In this document: positions 10,174 to 22,489 of the stretch, piece by piece
Position numbering within the stretch: position 1 is the first letter of the stretch
Layout of the letters: each line of letters opens with the position of its first letter
Assembly (NCBI GenBank): GCA_037305845.1
Contig: CP147778.1
Location: 544,001 to 608,000 of the forward strand
Reading direction: 5' to 3'
DNA: 64,000 bases
DNA from: Candidatus Freyarchaeum deiterrae
Lineage (GTDB): Archaea; Asgardarchaeota; Jordiarchaeia; Jordiarchaeales; Jordiarchaeaceae
Made by a program: the position numbers and the translations under genes
Notes under the pieces: model-generated
What the model was told of the DNA's origin: nothing
Database searches by the model: none
The model's input: the letters and a program-made list of their open reading frames with translations, nothing else

Positions 10174-10376
10174 ACCTTCTCCTAACTAGTTTTAAAAAAG
10201 TTAATAGTCGACATCATACTTAAAACTTTTCTCAACCCTCAAATCCTTATCAAAATAAACGGTAAAAAGTAACTTAAATCTTGAACATTTTGGAACAAGT
10301 ATTAACAAACAGTAACCAAAAAGGAAATTAGTAGTATCAAGAAAGATTTAATACAAAAGTTTAGAGGCGGATAGTT

Positions 10377-11165
10377 TTGGATTTCGAAGATATAATTTAC
10401 GAAAAAAGGAACGGTGTTGCCACCATTACCATAAATAGACCCCAAGCTCTTAACTCCTTTAGGTCAAAAACTCTCGATGAGATGACCGCAGCTTTCGAGG
10501 ACGCCGAGGAAGACGAAGACATAAGGGTAGTTGTCTTTACCGGCGCCGGTGACAGAGCTTTCTGTTCTGGGGGAGACATCTCTGAGATGGGAAAACTGAG
10601 TCCCGCAGTTGGAAGGAAGTTCTTGGGTAAATGCCTCAAATTATCCACGACTATGAGGAACCTGTCGAAGCCTATAATTGCTAGGATTAACGGCTACTGT
10701 CTGGGAGGCGGAAACGAGCTGAACATGTTTTGCGACCTCGCTATAGCTTCGGAGAAAGCGGTACTAGGCCAGGTTGGCCCCAGAGTAGGTAGTGTCCCTA
10801 TCTGGGGTGGCACTCAGATGCTACCCAGGGTTGTAGGTGAGAGGAAGGCTAGAGAGATGATATTTCTCTGTAGGAGATATACTGCGAAGGAAGCTGAGGC
10901 TATGGGTTTGGTTAATAAGGTTGTCCCAGCTGAGCAGCTGGACGCTGAGGTTGCTAAGTGGTGTGAGGAGATTAAGGCTCTGAGTCCACAGAGTATAAAG
11001 CTCTCAAAAATAGCTCTGAACTTTGGATCCGACCTTCTGTATCCATCCTTTGTCCACGGCCGAGACATGTTAGCACTGGTTTATGGTTCCTACGAACTTA
11101 CTGAGGGTATGGATGCTTTTCTCAAAAAGAGAAAACCGGTGTGGAAACCAGAGGAAAAGGAATAA
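10377..11165 (+). CDS. Crotonase family, MenB/BadI-like (ring-cleaving hydrolase type)
   Basis: AFCSGGD, GGGNEL, GQVGPRVGS...GERKAREMIFLCRRYTA typical of the MenB/BadI subfamily. Confidence 0.8.
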   Translation: MDFEDIIYEKRNGVATITINRPQALNSFRSKTLDEMTAAFEDAEEDEDIRVVVFTGAGDRAFCSGGDISEMGKLSPAVGRKFLGKCLKLSTTMRNLSKPIIARINGYCLGGGNELNMFCDLAIASEKAVLGQVGPRVGSVPIWGGTQMLPRVVGERKAREMIFLCRRYTAKEAEAMGLVNKVVPAEQLDAEVAKWCEEIKALSPQSIKLSKIALNFGSDLLYPSFVHGRDMLALVYGSYELTEGMDAFLKKRKPVWKPEEKE

Positions 11166-11172
11166 TAAGATG

Positions 11173-12429
11173 CTAGGTTTCTTCTCTCTCCCTTCTTTTT
11201 TTCTTCGCATCATTGATTATCTCACGGGCTATGAGAAAGGTTAGTATCTCCGTTGTCCCTCCCGCTATCTTCATCATTCTCGCATCCCGGTAGTACTGCT
11301 CCACTGGGAATTTTGTGGTGTAACCAATTCCTCCGAGAACCTGAAGAGCATCATTACAGACTTCCACACTCATACTGGTTGAAAACATTTTTGCTTCAGC
11401 CGCCTCCTTGGTAGCGGATCTACCAGCATCAATGACTCTTGCGGCTCTCAAAGTTAGGAGACGGGCGGCCTCTATTTTGGTGTTCATCTCGGCCAGTTTG
11501 AAGCTCACAGCCTCAAAGCTGGATATTGGTTGATTGAACTGATCCCTTAGAAGAGAGTACTCCAAGGCTATTTCATAGGCTCGACGTGCGTGACCGATTG
11601 CTTCACCAGCGATAACTGTTCTCTCTATATCCAATTCGTCGAGTAGAATCCTGAAACCCTCGTTCTCTTTTCCCACCAGATTCTCTGTGGGAACCTTCAG
11701 ATTTGTGAAGCGTAGATGGCCGTTTCTGGCTCCTTTCATGCCTAGGAGTTCAAAGTGCTCCAGAACCTCGAACCCCTCCATATCTTTTTCAACCACGAAA
11801 CAACTCATGCCTTTGTGAGGGTGCACGTTGCTGTTGGTTATTGCAAAAGTGGTGTTGACCTCAGCTTCTCCTCCGTTCGTAATGAATCTTTTTTCACCAT
11901 TCAGGACATAGTGGGTGCCCTCTCTGATTGCCGTGGTCTGCATGCCTGCGGCGTCCGAGCCGACCTGCGGTTCTGTAATCACTATTGCTCCGATTTTCTC
12001 ACCCGAAAGTACGGGTTTAAGGAACCTTTCTTTTTGATAGTCAGAACCAAACCTGGATATGGGTATACCGCCTAAAATTGATGATACTCGCGCTGTGCTG
12101 GTCACCGGGCTGACTGCTGCTAATTCCTCTGATACTATAAAATCCTTGGTAACGCCGTTTCCCTCATTCAGGCCTCCGCACTCTTTGGGGAAGGCATTAC
12201 GGCAGTAACCTCTCTTGGCGATTAGTTGTAACGCTTTTCGTGGGTAAACATTGTCTCTCTCAAATTGCTGGGTCATAGGAGCGATTTCTTCGTCCAAAAA
12301 GGTTCTTACCTCTCCTCTGAAAGAGTTCTCTTCCTCGGTAAACAACCACAGGCTTTCCTTTGAAACGCTGTATCCTTGAGGTAGTATTAGGTCCTCATAC
12401 TCTATTGGGGTGTTTTTGTTGGCTTTCAT
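11173..12429 (-). CDS. Acyl-CoA dehydrogenase
   Basis: ITEPQVGSDA, LNGEKRFITNG, RDQFNQPI, QVLGGIGY, YRDARMMKIAGGTTEI. Confidence 0.93.
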   Translation of the reverse strand: MKANKNTPIEYEDLILPQGYSVSKESLWLFTEEENSFRGEVRTFLDEEIAPMTQQFERDNVYPRKALQLIAKRGYCRNAFPKECGGLNEGNGVTKDFIVSEELAAVSPVTSTARVSSILGGIPISRFGSDYQKERFLKPVLSGEKIGAIVITEPQVGSDAAGMQTTAIREGTHYVLNGEKRFITNGGEAEVNTTFAITNSNVHPHKGMSCFVVEKDMEGFEVLEHFELLGMKGARNGHLRFTNLKVPTENLVGKENEGFRILLDELDIERTVIAGEAIGHARRAYEIALEYSLLRDQFNQPISSFEAVSFKLAEMNTKIEAARLLTLRAARVIDAGRSATKEAAEAKMFSTSMSVEVCNDALQVLGGIGYTTKFPVEQYYRDARMMKIAGGTTEILTFLIAREIINDAKKKRREREET

Positions 12430-12673
12430 ATTGGCTCACTCCACGCTAACTAATTAATTAGTCAAATGTATATTAAACTTTTATTAATTGTTAAATATTA
12501 TTTAAAATGATAATGAAAAATAGGAGCCCATAATAACTTTGTTAATCGTTTTGAGTTGGAATTTTTGAGAACGTTATTGTTTGGATAGTTAAAAAAAAAG
12601 GATCGTTGGCAATTTTTGAGGTATAGATTTAAATCAGTTATTTTGTAATATTAGTGGAGTTAGTTGTGATTAT

Positions 12674-13738
12674 TTGTGGAGAGTGGATACAATCACGATT
12701 TCAAGGCAGCAGGCAATTATCAAGAAAATAATGGATAAGTATGAGAGTGGGAAGCGGGCTGAAGCTATAAACGAGTTACTGTACAATCTAAGAGACAAAG
12801 ATTTTAGGGTTCGAGCCAACTGTGTAGAAGCTCTGGGTAATATAGGCGACTTGGGGACAATAGACCCTTTAACCGAACTCTTACACGATGACTATAGCGA
12901 GGTGAGAATAGCAACTGTACAAGCGCTGGGAAAAATGGGTGACGTCAGAGTCATAGAACCTCTTAAGGAGCTACTTAACGACGAGAGCGGAGAAGTCAGA
13001 TTAGTGACGGTGAAAACCCTAAGCAAAATCGGCGGGGAAAAGGTTATCCAACCATTAATAAATGCCTTGGACGACCAGGATAACAGGATTCAAACCTCGG
13101 CAATCGAAAGCCTGGGAAGAATGGGGCCAAAAGCAGTAAACCCCCTACTTAGAACACTAGAGAGTGAGAACGAGTACACCAGAGCTTATACCGCAAAGGC
13201 TCTAGGAGAAATCGGGGATCCCAAAGCAACTGAAGCACTAATAAAACTCACAGACGACCCAAGCAACATAGTGAGGATTAACGTTATTGAAGCTCTTGGA
13301 AGAATAGACGACCCAAGAGTAGTGGAACCGTTAATTAAAGCTCTAAATGACGAGGAAGTCGAAGTAAGAATAAACGCGGTGAAGGCACTGAAAATAGCAA
13401 AGTCGGAAAAAGCAAAGCAACACCTGATTGATAGCTTAGAAGACCCAGACAGCCGTGTTCGGATGTGGAGCGCGGACGCCCTAGGGTACAAAGCTGATAG
13501 TTCAGCAATTGGACCACTTATTAATCTGCTTAAGGATAATGATCCCCGCGTGAGAGAGAACGCAATCAAAGCCTTGGGAAAAGCCGGAGACTATGAAGCA
13601 GTGCCACCCTTAATGGAATTATTGAGAGATAAAGATGAAAAAATCAAAGACCTCGCAGATAAATCACTCGCAATGATCGCCAAAAAATACGGACTCTCAA
13701 GAGATGAGTTAATAAGAAGGCAAGGAGCCAAGCTCTAA
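12674..13738 (+). CDS. HEAT repeat (PBS lyase-like) protein
   Basis: About 10 repeats of VRxxAVxALGxIGD.RxxEPLxxLLxD. Confidence 0.92.
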   Translation: MWRVDTITISRQQAIIKKIMDKYESGKRAEAINELLYNLRDKDFRVRANCVEALGNIGDLGTIDPLTELLHDDYSEVRIATVQALGKMGDVRVIEPLKELLNDESGEVRLVTVKTLSKIGGEKVIQPLINALDDQDNRIQTSAIESLGRMGPKAVNPLLRTLESENEYTRAYTAKALGEIGDPKATEALIKLTDDPSNIVRINVIEALGRIDDPRVVEPLIKALNDEEVEVRINAVKALKIAKSEKAKQHLIDSLEDPDSRVRMWSADALGYKADSSAIGPLINLLKDNDPRVRENAIKALGKAGDYEAVPPLMELLRDKDEKIKDLADKSLAMIAKKYGLSRDELIRRQGAKL

Positions 13739-13866
13739 GCAATATAAAGGCCAAATCTTAAAACTATGGTTGCTGAAATCTAAGAACTCTTTCTGAGCAC
13801 ACTCCTGATAAAGACTTAAGATAGAATTTTAAAGTAAAATTCTTTTTTCTGCCTAGTCATAAGATG

Positions 13867-14646
13867 CTATTTTTTGTTAAGGTATTCTTTCAGCCATGAT
13901 TTGAGGTTTATTTGTGTAAGTATTTCGTAAACGTGTGTGTTTTCTATATCAAACACTTTTCTGGGAGATGGTTCCCTTGAGGCCTCGTATATAACTGCTT
14001 TGATAGCTTTAGCTGCAAAGGGTGGGAGACTGTGGATTAGTTGGTCTGCTAGGCTTTGTGCCTCGTTCAACACCTTGTTGTCTGGAACCACGTTTTTTAC
14101 CAAGTTTAATTGCAGCGCTTCTTGTGCGGTTATGTTTCTTCCTGTTAAGATAAGGTCTAGCGCAAGTCCTCTGCTTACCGTTCTTAGATATAGGCTTGTT
14201 AGTCCCCAAAGTAGGGGAAAGCCTATTCTTGATTCGGGAAGACCGAATACCGCCTTTTCCCCAGTTATTCTAAAATCGCAGGCTAGAGCAAGTCCTAAAC
14301 CAGGTCCTAGAGCGAAACCCCTAATTGCGGCTATTGTGGGTTTTGGATACTTCTCCATCCTCTGAAAAAAATTGTAACCAGTTTCCATTAGAACCAATAT
14401 TTCCTCTGTGGAAGCTTTTCCAACAGCCTTTAGGTCTATTCCTGCGCTGAAAACTCTCTCTCCCCCGGTTAATATAATCGCTCTTATTTCGTCGTACTTT
14501 TCGATAATGTTCAGTGCTTTGGTTATGTCATTGAAAAGGTCAATGTAGAGAGCGTTTACTGGGGGTTTGTTTAGGGTCAGTATAGCAGTTTGGTTTCTCA
14601 AATCTGTTTTGACGAGCTTCAAATCTTGTAAAGATTCACCTTCCAA
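13867..14646 (-). CDS. Enoyl-CoA hydratase/isomerase family protein
   Basis: FSAGIDL, PTIAAIRGFALGPGLGLALACDFRI, FGLPE. Confidence 0.88.
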   Translation of the reverse strand: MEGESLQDLKLVKTDLRNQTAILTLNKPPVNALYIDLFNDITKALNIIEKYDEIRAIILTGGERVFSAGIDLKAVGKASTEEILVLMETGYNFFQRMEKYPKPTIAAIRGFALGPGLGLALACDFRITGEKAVFGLPESRIGFPLLWGLTSLYLRTVSRGLALDLILTGRNITAQEALQLNLVKNVVPDNKVLNEAQSLADQLIHSLPPFAAKAIKAVIYEASREPSPRKVFDIENTHVYEILTQINLKSWLKEYLNKK

Positions 14647-15264
14647 AGTGCTCTTCTCCTCCTTTTATTCGGTTTGTTGTTTTTCCTTCTTTTTTGTTTA
14701 GGGACTGCTTTGAGTATTTCTCAAAATCTGCGAGCAATTAGTATTCATTATAAAAATAGATTTATAACTATGCCCTATTTTCGCCTCTTATAAGGAGTTT
14801 TCAATAGATATGTCTTTGATGAACACAATTGAGCATGTGAAACCATAAAAACAACTAATTTTGGTTTAAGATAATAGATATAAGGATTGCGAGCATAAGT
14901 TAAGGTAGATATTTATTTTAAGATGTGGAAATATACTTGAGAAAACAGCTTTTTGATGAAAAATGAGATGCCTGAGCTTAAAAAGAAGGGTGATTTCAAA
15001 AATGGCTTTTTCCCATGTCGGATTAACGAATGAAAAAAGCAGTTTTCCGTTCGAAACGGCTATCAAAAGCAAACTATTTCAAAAATATGAGGAAGAAAAG
15101 GCTGGGAAAAAGTGTATCTTTAAGGAAGGGGTTGGCTTACAGCAGAGAAATAAGCAAGTTACATTGCCTGAGAAGTGAATAATTTGAAAACAGCAGTCTT
15201 GAATGGAAGGAGAATTAGGAAAATTCCCATAATTATAATAAAAAAAGATTTTAAGGGAGGGATT

Positions 15265-15501
15265 TTGAAAAACAAGGTCATCGAATGCCCCCTAGTGGGT
15301 CAAATAAAATTTCGATGCGGGCACATGGAATGCCCACACTTTGTTAAAGCTCTCAACGGGTATGTTATTTGCGTCGCAAAAAAGAATGACGATCCATTAG
15401 ACTGGATGAAAGGCAGACCACCAAAAGGCAGGCCCCCAAATAAAACTTCTGAAAATGAAGACGAACCCTTATCTTCACTAGAAAATAAGGGAGAAGAATA
15501 A
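15265..15501 (+). CDS. Small Cys/His-rich protein with tandem KGRPP (AT-hook-like) motifs
   Basis: TTG at 15265 follows GGGAGG SD; ECP...RCGHMECPHF...IC, then MKGRPPKGRPP and an acidic tail. Confidence 0.55.
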   Translation: MKNKVIECPLVGQIKFRCGHMECPHFVKALNGYVICVAKKNDDPLDWMKGRPPKGRPPNKTSENEDEPLSSLENKGEE

Positions 15502-15732
15502 GTTTTATCTGCGAAGAATCACCCCAATATAAAATTAGATTGGTTTAAATACTGGTGAAATAGCGGTATTTTGAGAATCAAAATTATATCTTTTGTTTAC
15601 TCTGTTTTTTCATATCTAAAATGCATCTATTAATTATAAGAAATTTTTAGTTAATAATTGTTAATCCAAATCCTAATATTTATTTAGCGTTGATTTTACT
15701 GTTTGTTGTGACATTGGAAGAGGAACAGGAAG

Positions 15733-17688
15733 ATGCCTAAATTCAGATTAGTGTCAGAGTATACACCGCAGGGCGATCAGCCGGATGCTATCGCGCAGCT
15801 GGTAGAAGGTTTAGAGAAAAATCTGCATCACCAAACCTTGTTAGGCGTTACCGGTTCTGGAAAGACTTTCACCATGGCTAACGTAATAGAAGCGGTTCAG
15901 AGACCTACACTGGTAATTTCACACAACAAAACTCTGGCGGCTCAACTGTTTAGTGAGTTTAAGGAGTTCTTTCCGGAGAACGCTGTGGAGTATTTTGTAA
16001 GTTATTACGATTATTATCAGCCCGAGGCTTACGTTCCACAAACGGATCTCTACATAGCTAAAGATGCCTCGGTCAATGAAGAGATTGACAAGATGCGAAA
16101 CGCTTCCACCCGAGCCCTAATTGAGCGAAGGGATACCATAGTAGTGGCGAGTGTTTCCTGCATTTACGGCCTCGGCTCTCCCGAGTATTACAAAAGCATG
16201 GGGTTTTTCTTGGAGAGAGGGCAATCCAAGAGCAGGGAGGAGATTCTAAGAGAATTGGTGGATATACAGTATGAACGCAATGATGTCAACCTCGAACGAA
16301 CTAAGTTCCGGGTTCGTGGTGATGTAATTGAGGTTTATCCCTCCTACGAGGATGTTCTGATTAGGGTAGAGCTCTTCGGAGACCGTGTTGAGAGAATAAG
16401 AGAATTAGACCCCCTAACTCGCGAAACAAGGGAGGAGAAGGACAGAGTTTACATCCTTCCTGCAAAACATTACGTTATACCGGGAGAAAATCTGTCAAAG
16501 GCTATAGAAGCCATAGAGGAAGAGCTAAAGGAGAGATTAAAGGAGTTAAGGGGGAAGAACAAACTTTTAGAAGCTCAGAGACTGGAGCAAAGAGCCAAAT
16601 TCGACCTAGAAATGCTGCGAGAGATGGGTTACTGTCCAGGCATTGAGAATTACTCACGACACCTTGACGGCAGAAGCCCCGGAGAAAGACCCTTCACGCT
16701 CATTGACTATTTCCCAAAGGACTACCTCCTCTTTATTGACGAATCACACGTAACTATTCCTCAACTGAGAGGAATGTATGAGGGCGACAGATCCCGAAAA
16801 AAAACCCTGGTGGAGTACGGCTTCCGACTTCCATCGGCTGTCGATAATAGGCCACTCTGCTTCGAGGAGTTTGAAAGCCTAGTTAATCAAGTAGTCTACG
16901 TTTCAGCCACCCCCGGACCTTACGAGTTAGAGAACAACGAACAACTTGTGGAGCAGATTATCCGACCTACTGGCCTTATGGATCCCCAAGTTGAGATACG
17001 CCCAGTTGAGGGACAGATAGACGACCTACTGGCGCGGATTAGGGAGCGTGCGGAGGGGAACGAGAGGGTTTTGGTCACCACTCTTACAAAGAGGATGGCT
17101 GAGAACCTAACTGAATACTATGAGAATCTGGGAGTGAAAGTCAGATATTTGCACTCGGAGATTGAAACCCTCGACCGGGTAGACATCGTGAGGGATCTGC
17201 GTTTAGGAGAATTCGACGTGCTCATAGGTATAAACCTCTTAAGGGAAGGACTCGACCTACCTGAAGTCTCCCTAGTTGCCATACTTGACGCTGATAAGGA
17301 GGGATTTCTGAGATCTGGGCAGTCTCTTATTCAGACCATCGGAAGGGCTGCTAGGAATGTTAACGGCACCGTAATAATGTACGCGGATAACATAACCGAA
17401 GCCATGAGGAGAGCAATAAGCGAAACGGATAGGAGACGGATGAAACAGATGAAGTATAACGAGGAACATGGAATAACACCCCAAACCATAGTGAAAGCTA
17501 TCCGCGACATGACGGGAAGAAGACATGAGAATGTAGAGATTGAGAAGCTAACAGATGAAGAACTGCCACTTGTGATAAAGGATCTGGAGAGAGAGATGAG
17601 AGCAGCAGCTGCCAGTTTAGAATTTGAGAGAGCTGCAGCGATTCGCGACAAACTCTTATTGCTCAAATCGGTAAAGGAAGGAAAGTAA
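15733..17688 (+). CDS. uvrB: Excinuclease ABC subunit B
   Basis: [36 protein letters not shown]-terminal UVR domain. Confidence 0.98.
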   Translation: MPKFRLVSEYTPQGDQPDAIAQLVEGLEKNLHHQTLLGVTGSGKTFTMANVIEAVQRPTLVISHNKTLAAQLFSEFKEFFPENAVEYFVSYYDYYQPEAYVPQTDLYIAKDASVNEEIDKMRNASTRALIERRDTIVVASVSCIYGLGSPEYYKSMGFFLERGQSKSREEILRELVDIQYERNDVNLERTKFRVRGDVIEVYPSYEDVLIRVELFGDRVERIRELDPLTRETREEKDRVYILPAKHYVIPGENLSKAIEAIEEELKERLKELRGKNKLLEAQRLEQRAKFDLEMLREMGYCPGIENYSRHLDGRSPGERPFTLIDYFPKDYLLFIDESHVTIPQLRGMYEGDRSRKKTLVEYGFRLPSAVDNRPLCFEEFESLVNQVVYVSATPGPYELENNEQLVEQIIRPTGLMDPQVEIRPVEGQIDDLLARIRERAEGNERVLVTTLTKRMAENLTEYYENLGVKVRYLHSEIETLDRVDIVRDLRLGEFDVLIGINLLREGLDLPEVSLVAILDADKEGFLRSGQSLIQTIGRAARNVNGTVIMYADNITEAMRRAISETDRRRMKQMKYNEEHGITPQTIVKAIRDMTGRRHENVEIEKLTDEELPLVIKDLEREMRAAAASLEFERAAAIRDKLLLLKSVKEGK

Positions 17689-17690
17689 CC

Positions 17691-20531
17691 ATGGGTAAAG
17701 ACAAGATAATTGTCAAAGGAGCATCGGAACACAACCTCAAAAACATTGATGTGGAGATCCCACGCGATAAGCTCGTAGTAATTACGGGGCTGAGCGGCTC
17801 TGGGAAATCATCTCTAGCATTCGACACTATCTATGCAGAGGGCCAGAGGAGATACATTGAATCCTTATCCTCATACGCCCGCCAATTTCTGGAAATGATG
17901 GATAAACCCAGCGTAGAATACATAGAGGGCTTATCTCCAGCAATATCCATAGAGCAAAAGCCCCCCAGCAGAAACCCCAGATCCACCGTGGGAACAATAA
18001 CGGAAATTTACGATTACCTCAGGCTGCTCTACGCGAGAGTGGGAATACCCCACTGCTGGAAGTGTGGAAAAGAAATCACACAGCTCACCACCGAGCAAAT
18101 AGTCGACCGAATAATAAGCCTCCCCGAGGGAACAAAAATACAAATCCTAGCACCCATAGTTAAAGGGCGAAAAGGCGAATACCGCAAAATCCTAGAGAAC
18201 CTTAAGGATGAAGGGTTTGCCAGGGTCAGAATAGACGGAGAAATAATGAACCTAGAGGGAGAGATAAATCTCGACAAGAACAAAAAACACGACATAGACC
18301 TCGTCGTAGACAGATTGGTTATCAAACCCAGTGTCCAAAAAACTCTCACCGATTCTGTGGAGACCAGCCTCAAATTCGGAGATGTAATTAAAGTCTTAAT
18401 AAATGATGATAAGGAGAGCATTTACAGCAGACGCTTAGCCTGCGAGGAATGCGGAATGGGATTTGAGGAACTAAGCCCTCAGATGTTTTCATTCAACAAC
18501 CCTCACGGAGCGTGCACCTATTGTAGCGGACTAGGAACCACTAGAAGAATCGATTCCGACCTAGTGATTCCCAATAAGGATTTATCGCTAGCAGAGGGAG
18601 CGATAGCTCCTTGGCACAATCCCATAGGCAGCTGGTATCTACGGAGACTGGAAGCAGTAGCAGGGCACTATGGTTTCAACATTTACACTCCAATGAAGGA
18701 TTTAACCCAAAAACAGCTCAGCGTGATTTTATACGGAACAAAAGACCGCGTCAAATACCTCTATGATAACGAAGAGAGAGGTGTTCACTTTGAGTATGAA
18801 GGAAGCTTTGAGGGAGTTGTAACTAATCTGGAGCGCAGGTACCGTGAAACCAAATCCGAGTATATTAGGCAAGATATGGAAAGTTACATGGATATGAGCC
18901 CTTGCCCCCACTGTAATGGAGACCGACTGAAACCCGAGAGTCTAGCAATAACTGTAGGAGGGCGTAACATCGCTGAAGTCACAAAAATGTCTGTAGAACA
19001 GGCTCAAAGATTCTTCAATCAGCTGCAACTCGGAGAGAGAGAACAGATAATAGCCGAAAAAATTCTCAAAGAAATTAAATCCAGACTGAATTTCCTAATG
19101 AATGTGGGACTGGACTATATCTCCATGGATCGGGCGACAGGAACGCTAAGCGGAGGAGAAGCTCAGAGAATAAGACTAGCCACACAAATCGGAAGCAGCC
19201 TAGTAGGAGTAATTTATATACTGGACGAGCCGAGCATCGGGCTTCACTATAGGGATAAGAAAAGGCTGATTGAAACCCTGAAAGAGCTTAGGGACCTGGG
19301 CAACACAATTCTAGTTGTCGAGCATGATGAGGACACCATAAGAGCCGCGGATTACATTATCGACCTCGGTCCGGGTGCTGGCAGAAACGGCGGCTGGATT
19401 GTGGCTACTGGAACACCAGAGGAGATAATGGCCAACAAGAATTCTTTAACCGGCCGCTATCTCTCAGGAGACCTTCAAATACCCATCCCATCCAAGCGAC
19501 GCAAGGGTAACGGTAAAAACCTGATTCTCAAGGGAGCGCAGCAGAACAACCTTAAAAAAATTGATGTGAAATTCCCACTGGGATTATTCATCTGTATTAC
19601 CGGAGTCTCGGGATCCGGCAAGAGCAGCCTAGTTTACGAAATCTTATACAAGGCGCTGGCGCAAAAGTTTTATCGCGCCTTGGATAAGCCAGGAAAATTC
19701 GATAGGATAGAGGGATTGGGAAACATAGACAAGGTTATCATGATTGACCAGTCCCCCATCGGTAGAACTCCCCGTTCCAACCCCGCAACGTACACAAATG
19801 TCTTTAGTGACATAAGGGATGTTTTCTACAAAGTTCCAGAAGCCAGAATGAGAGGATACCAACCAGGAAGATTCAGCTTCAACGTGAGAGGCGGAAGATG
19901 CGAGGCGTGTGAAGGAAACGGAACCATAAAAATCGAGATGCAATTCCTGCCAGACGTATACATCAAGTGTGACAACTGTAAAGGAAAAAGGTTCAACCGG
20001 GAAACTCTGGAAATAAAATATAAAGGAAAGAACATTCACGATGTACTGGAAATGACCGTAGACGAAGCCTTGGAATTCTTCGAAAACATTCCAAGAATCA
20101 AGAAAAAACTTCAAACCATAAAAGACGTAGGACTCGGATACATTCAACTAGGACAACCCGCAACCACGCTATCAGGCGGTGAAGCACAAAGAGTAAAACT
20201 CTCCAAAGAGCTAAGCAAGCAGAGCACCGGAAGAACACTATACATACTTGATGAACCGACAACAGGATTGAGTTTTGCGGATATTCAGCAACTTTTGGAT
20301 GTTTTGGGTAGGCTTGTGGATTCGGGTAATACGGTTATTGTGATTGAGCACAACCTTGACGTAATAAAAGTTGCGGACCATATAATTGACCTTGGGCCTG
20401 AGGGTGGATACCGAGGAGGCGAGATTGTTTGTGAGGGAACACCGGAGGAAGTGATAAACGTCCCCTCGTCATACACCGGTCAAGCTCTGAAAAGAGTTTT
20501 GGGAGTGGAGGTTAGTGGAACAACGCGCTAA
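17691..20531 (+). CDS. uvrA: Excinuclease ABC subunit A
   Basis: Two ABC modules ([28 protein letters not shown] twice) and zinc fingers. Confidence 0.98.
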   Translation: MGKDKIIVKGASEHNLKNIDVEIPRDKLVVITGLSGSGKSSLAFDTIYAEGQRRYIESLSSYARQFLEMMDKPSVEYIEGLSPAISIEQKPPSRNPRSTVGTITEIYDYLRLLYARVGIPHCWKCGKEITQLTTEQIVDRIISLPEGTKIQILAPIVKGRKGEYRKILENLKDEGFARVRIDGEIMNLEGEINLDKNKKHDIDLVVDRLVIKPSVQKTLTDSVETSLKFGDVIKVLINDDKESIYSRRLACEECGMGFEELSPQMFSFNNPHGACTYCSGLGTTRRIDSDLVIPNKDLSLAEGAIAPWHNPIGSWYLRRLEAVAGHYGFNIYTPMKDLTQKQLSVILYGTKDRVKYLYDNEERGVHFEYEGSFEGVVTNLERRYRETKSEYIRQDMESYMDMSPCPHCNGDRLKPESLAITVGGRNIAEVTKMSVEQAQRFFNQLQLGEREQIIAEKILKEIKSRLNFLMNVGLDYISMDRATGTLSGGEAQRIRLATQIGSSLVGVIYILDEPSIGLHYRDKKRLIETLKELRDLGNTILVVEHDEDTIRAADYIIDLGPGAGRNGGWIVATGTPEEIMANKNSLTGRYLSGDLQIPIPSKRRKGNGKNLILKGAQQNNLKKIDVKFPLGLFICITGVSGSGKSSLVYEILYKALAQKFYRALDKPGKFDRIEGLGNIDKVIMIDQSPIGRTPRSNPATYTNVFSDIRDVFYKVPEARMRGYQPGRFSFNVRGGRCEACEGNGTIKIEMQFLPDVYIKCDNCKGKRFNRETLEIKYKGKNIHDVLEMTVDEALEFFENIPRIKKKLQTIKDVGLGYIQLGQPATTLSGGEAQRVKLSKELSKQSTGRTLYILDEPTTGLSFADIQQLLDVLGRLVDSGNTVIVIEHNLDVIKVADHIIDLGPEGGYRGGEIVCEGTPEEVINVPSSYTGQALKRVLGVEVSGTTR

Positions 20532-22314
20532 AGAGGCCCCCGAAGAGCCCGGCGTTTATATCATGAGGGACAGTAAGGGAAAAATTATCTATGTAGGTAA
20601 GGCTCGCAACCTCCGGAACAGGGTTAAATCATACTTTTCTCCCTCGAGAAAACCAGATTCTAAGGATGCCTTAGTTAATAACATTGCGAGTCTGGAGTAC
20701 GTTATCACCAGCGACGAAGCGGAGGCTATGATTCTAGAGTGTGACCTCATTAAGAAGTATCTGCCGAGGTATAACGTTGCGTGGAAGGACTCCAAAACTT
20801 TCCCATATATCAAAGTGACGTTAAACGAGGAGATTCCACGTGTTTTGGTCACCCGTGAATTATTAGATGATGGAGCAAAATATTTTGGACCGTATACTTG
20901 GTTCAAGAAAGTGAAGGAGAATCTGAAGTACATTCGGAAATTGTTTGGCGTTTGCGGCTCTGAGAGTCTCATACAACCGAGTAAAATGAAGAGACCATGC
21001 TTAGAATATCACATATACAACTGTTCAGCCCCCTGCGTTGGAAAAATAAGTAGAGAAGAGTACATGAATAGAGTGGAGCAGCTACTTCTTTTCTTGGCTG
21101 GTGAAAAAGAAGAACTGGTTGAGCAGCTTTACCTGGAGATGGAGAAGGCTTCCCAGGAATTGAGGTTTGAGGAAGCAGCAAAAATCAGGGATCGAATAAA
21201 CGGTGTGGAAAAGGCTATTGGTCGACAGAAATTTTTATCCACGAAGTTTAGGGACACCGATATTATAGGATTAGAGAAGCTTGGCAGGAAAGTGTGTATT
21301 GAACTTCTCTTTCTTCAGAGTGGAAGAATGGTTGAGCGAAAAGAATTTGTTAGAGAGGAAAGGGGAGATGCCACCGATGAGGAGCTGATATCGGGATTCG
21401 TTAAACAGTTCTACATCGGCGCAGAGGTTCTTCCCGAAAAGATAATTGTAGAGAAGGATTTCGAGGATAAGGAACTGGTGCAAAATTGGTTGGAGAAAAA
21501 GAAGGGGGAACCTATTCAGATTCATACTCCGGCTGACGAGGAGGAAGAGAGCCGAGTCAAATACGCGAAAAAAATGGCCACGATGATCTTAAACGAACGG
21601 AAAATGAAGAGCGAACTTGAACGGGAATTAACTCTGGACTCCGTAAGAGACCTACAAAATTTGTTGAAACTAACGGAGCTACCTCTCAGAATAGAGGCTT
21701 TCGATATCTCTAATATTATGGGAGAGGACGCCGTGGGCTCCTTGATTGTTTTTGAGGAAGGAAGGCCGAAAAAAGAGGATTACCGTAGATTCAAGATTGA
21801 AACTGTTAAGGGTCCAGACGACCCAGCCATGATGGGCGAAATTGTTCATCGTAGGTACAGGGGATTATTGGAAAGAGGCGAAACGCCCCCAAACCTTATT
21901 CTTGTGGACGGAGGGAAAGGCCAGCTTAACGCTGCGGTGAATAGCCTTAAAACACTGGGCCTAAGTATTCCAGCTATAGGGTTGGCGAAAAAGTTTGAAG
22001 ACATTTACACGCCAGAAGAGGGTGTACCGATTAGTTTGCCTTCGGATTCGAAAACACTCTTCCTTCTTCAGAGGGTGAGGGATGAAGCTCACCGATTCGC
22101 TCTCAGTTATCATAAGAAGCTTCGAGAGAAGAAACTTAAAGAATCAGTACTGGAATCCATCCCCGGTGTAGGGAGAAAAAGAAGAGATGAACTCTTGAAA
22201 CATTTTGGTTCCCTAGAAAGCCTGAGAAAAGCTACGGTTGAGGAGATAAAGAGTGTGCCGAGCATGAATGAGGAAGTGGCAAAGAGAGTATATGACTATC
22301 TAAGGGAATCGTAA
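20515..22314 (+). CDS. uvrC: Excinuclease ABC subunit C
   Basis: GIY-YIG (PGVYIM..IIYVGKA), UVR domain, [19 protein letters not shown], HhH. Confidence 0.97.
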   Translation: MEQRAKEAPEEPGVYIMRDSKGKIIYVGKARNLRNRVKSYFSPSRKPDSKDALVNNIASLEYVITSDEAEAMILECDLIKKYLPRYNVAWKDSKTFPYIKVTLNEEIPRVLVTRELLDDGAKYFGPYTWFKKVKENLKYIRKLFGVCGSESLIQPSKMKRPCLEYHIYNCSAPCVGKISREEYMNRVEQLLLFLAGEKEELVEQLYLEMEKASQELRFEEAAKIRDRINGVEKAIGRQKFLSTKFRDTDIIGLEKLGRKVCIELLFLQSGRMVERKEFVREERGDATDEELISGFVKQFYIGAEVLPEKIIVEKDFEDKELVQNWLEKKKGEPIQIHTPADEEEESRVKYAKKMATMILNERKMKSELERELTLDSVRDLQNLLKLTELPLRIEAFDISNIMGEDAVGSLIVFEEGRPKKEDYRRFKIETVKGPDDPAMMGEIVHRRYRGLLERGETPPNLILVDGGKGQLNAAVNSLKTLGLSIPAIGLAKKFEDIYTPEEGVPISLPSDSKTLFLLQRVRDEAHRFALSYHKKLREKKLKESVLESIPGVGRKRRDELLKHFGSLESLRKATVEEIKSVPSMNEEVAKRVYDYLRES

Positions 22315-22489
22315 CTTTTGAGCGTAATGCTTTTGATTCTGATTGTGGAGCCTTCTAGTCGGCTTATTGTTCAGCAAGTTTTTTAGAATATAATTAGTTT
22401 TTTATTAACACCTCTTTGCTGAAAACCTTAATAACTCTCTAGTTTCATATTTGTTAGTAAGATGTCATTGCTTGAAGAGGTGGCCAAGT

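Noticed and set aside
14963-15178. 71-aa ORF
   Set aside because: No recognisable motif or SD; AT-rich intergenic context.
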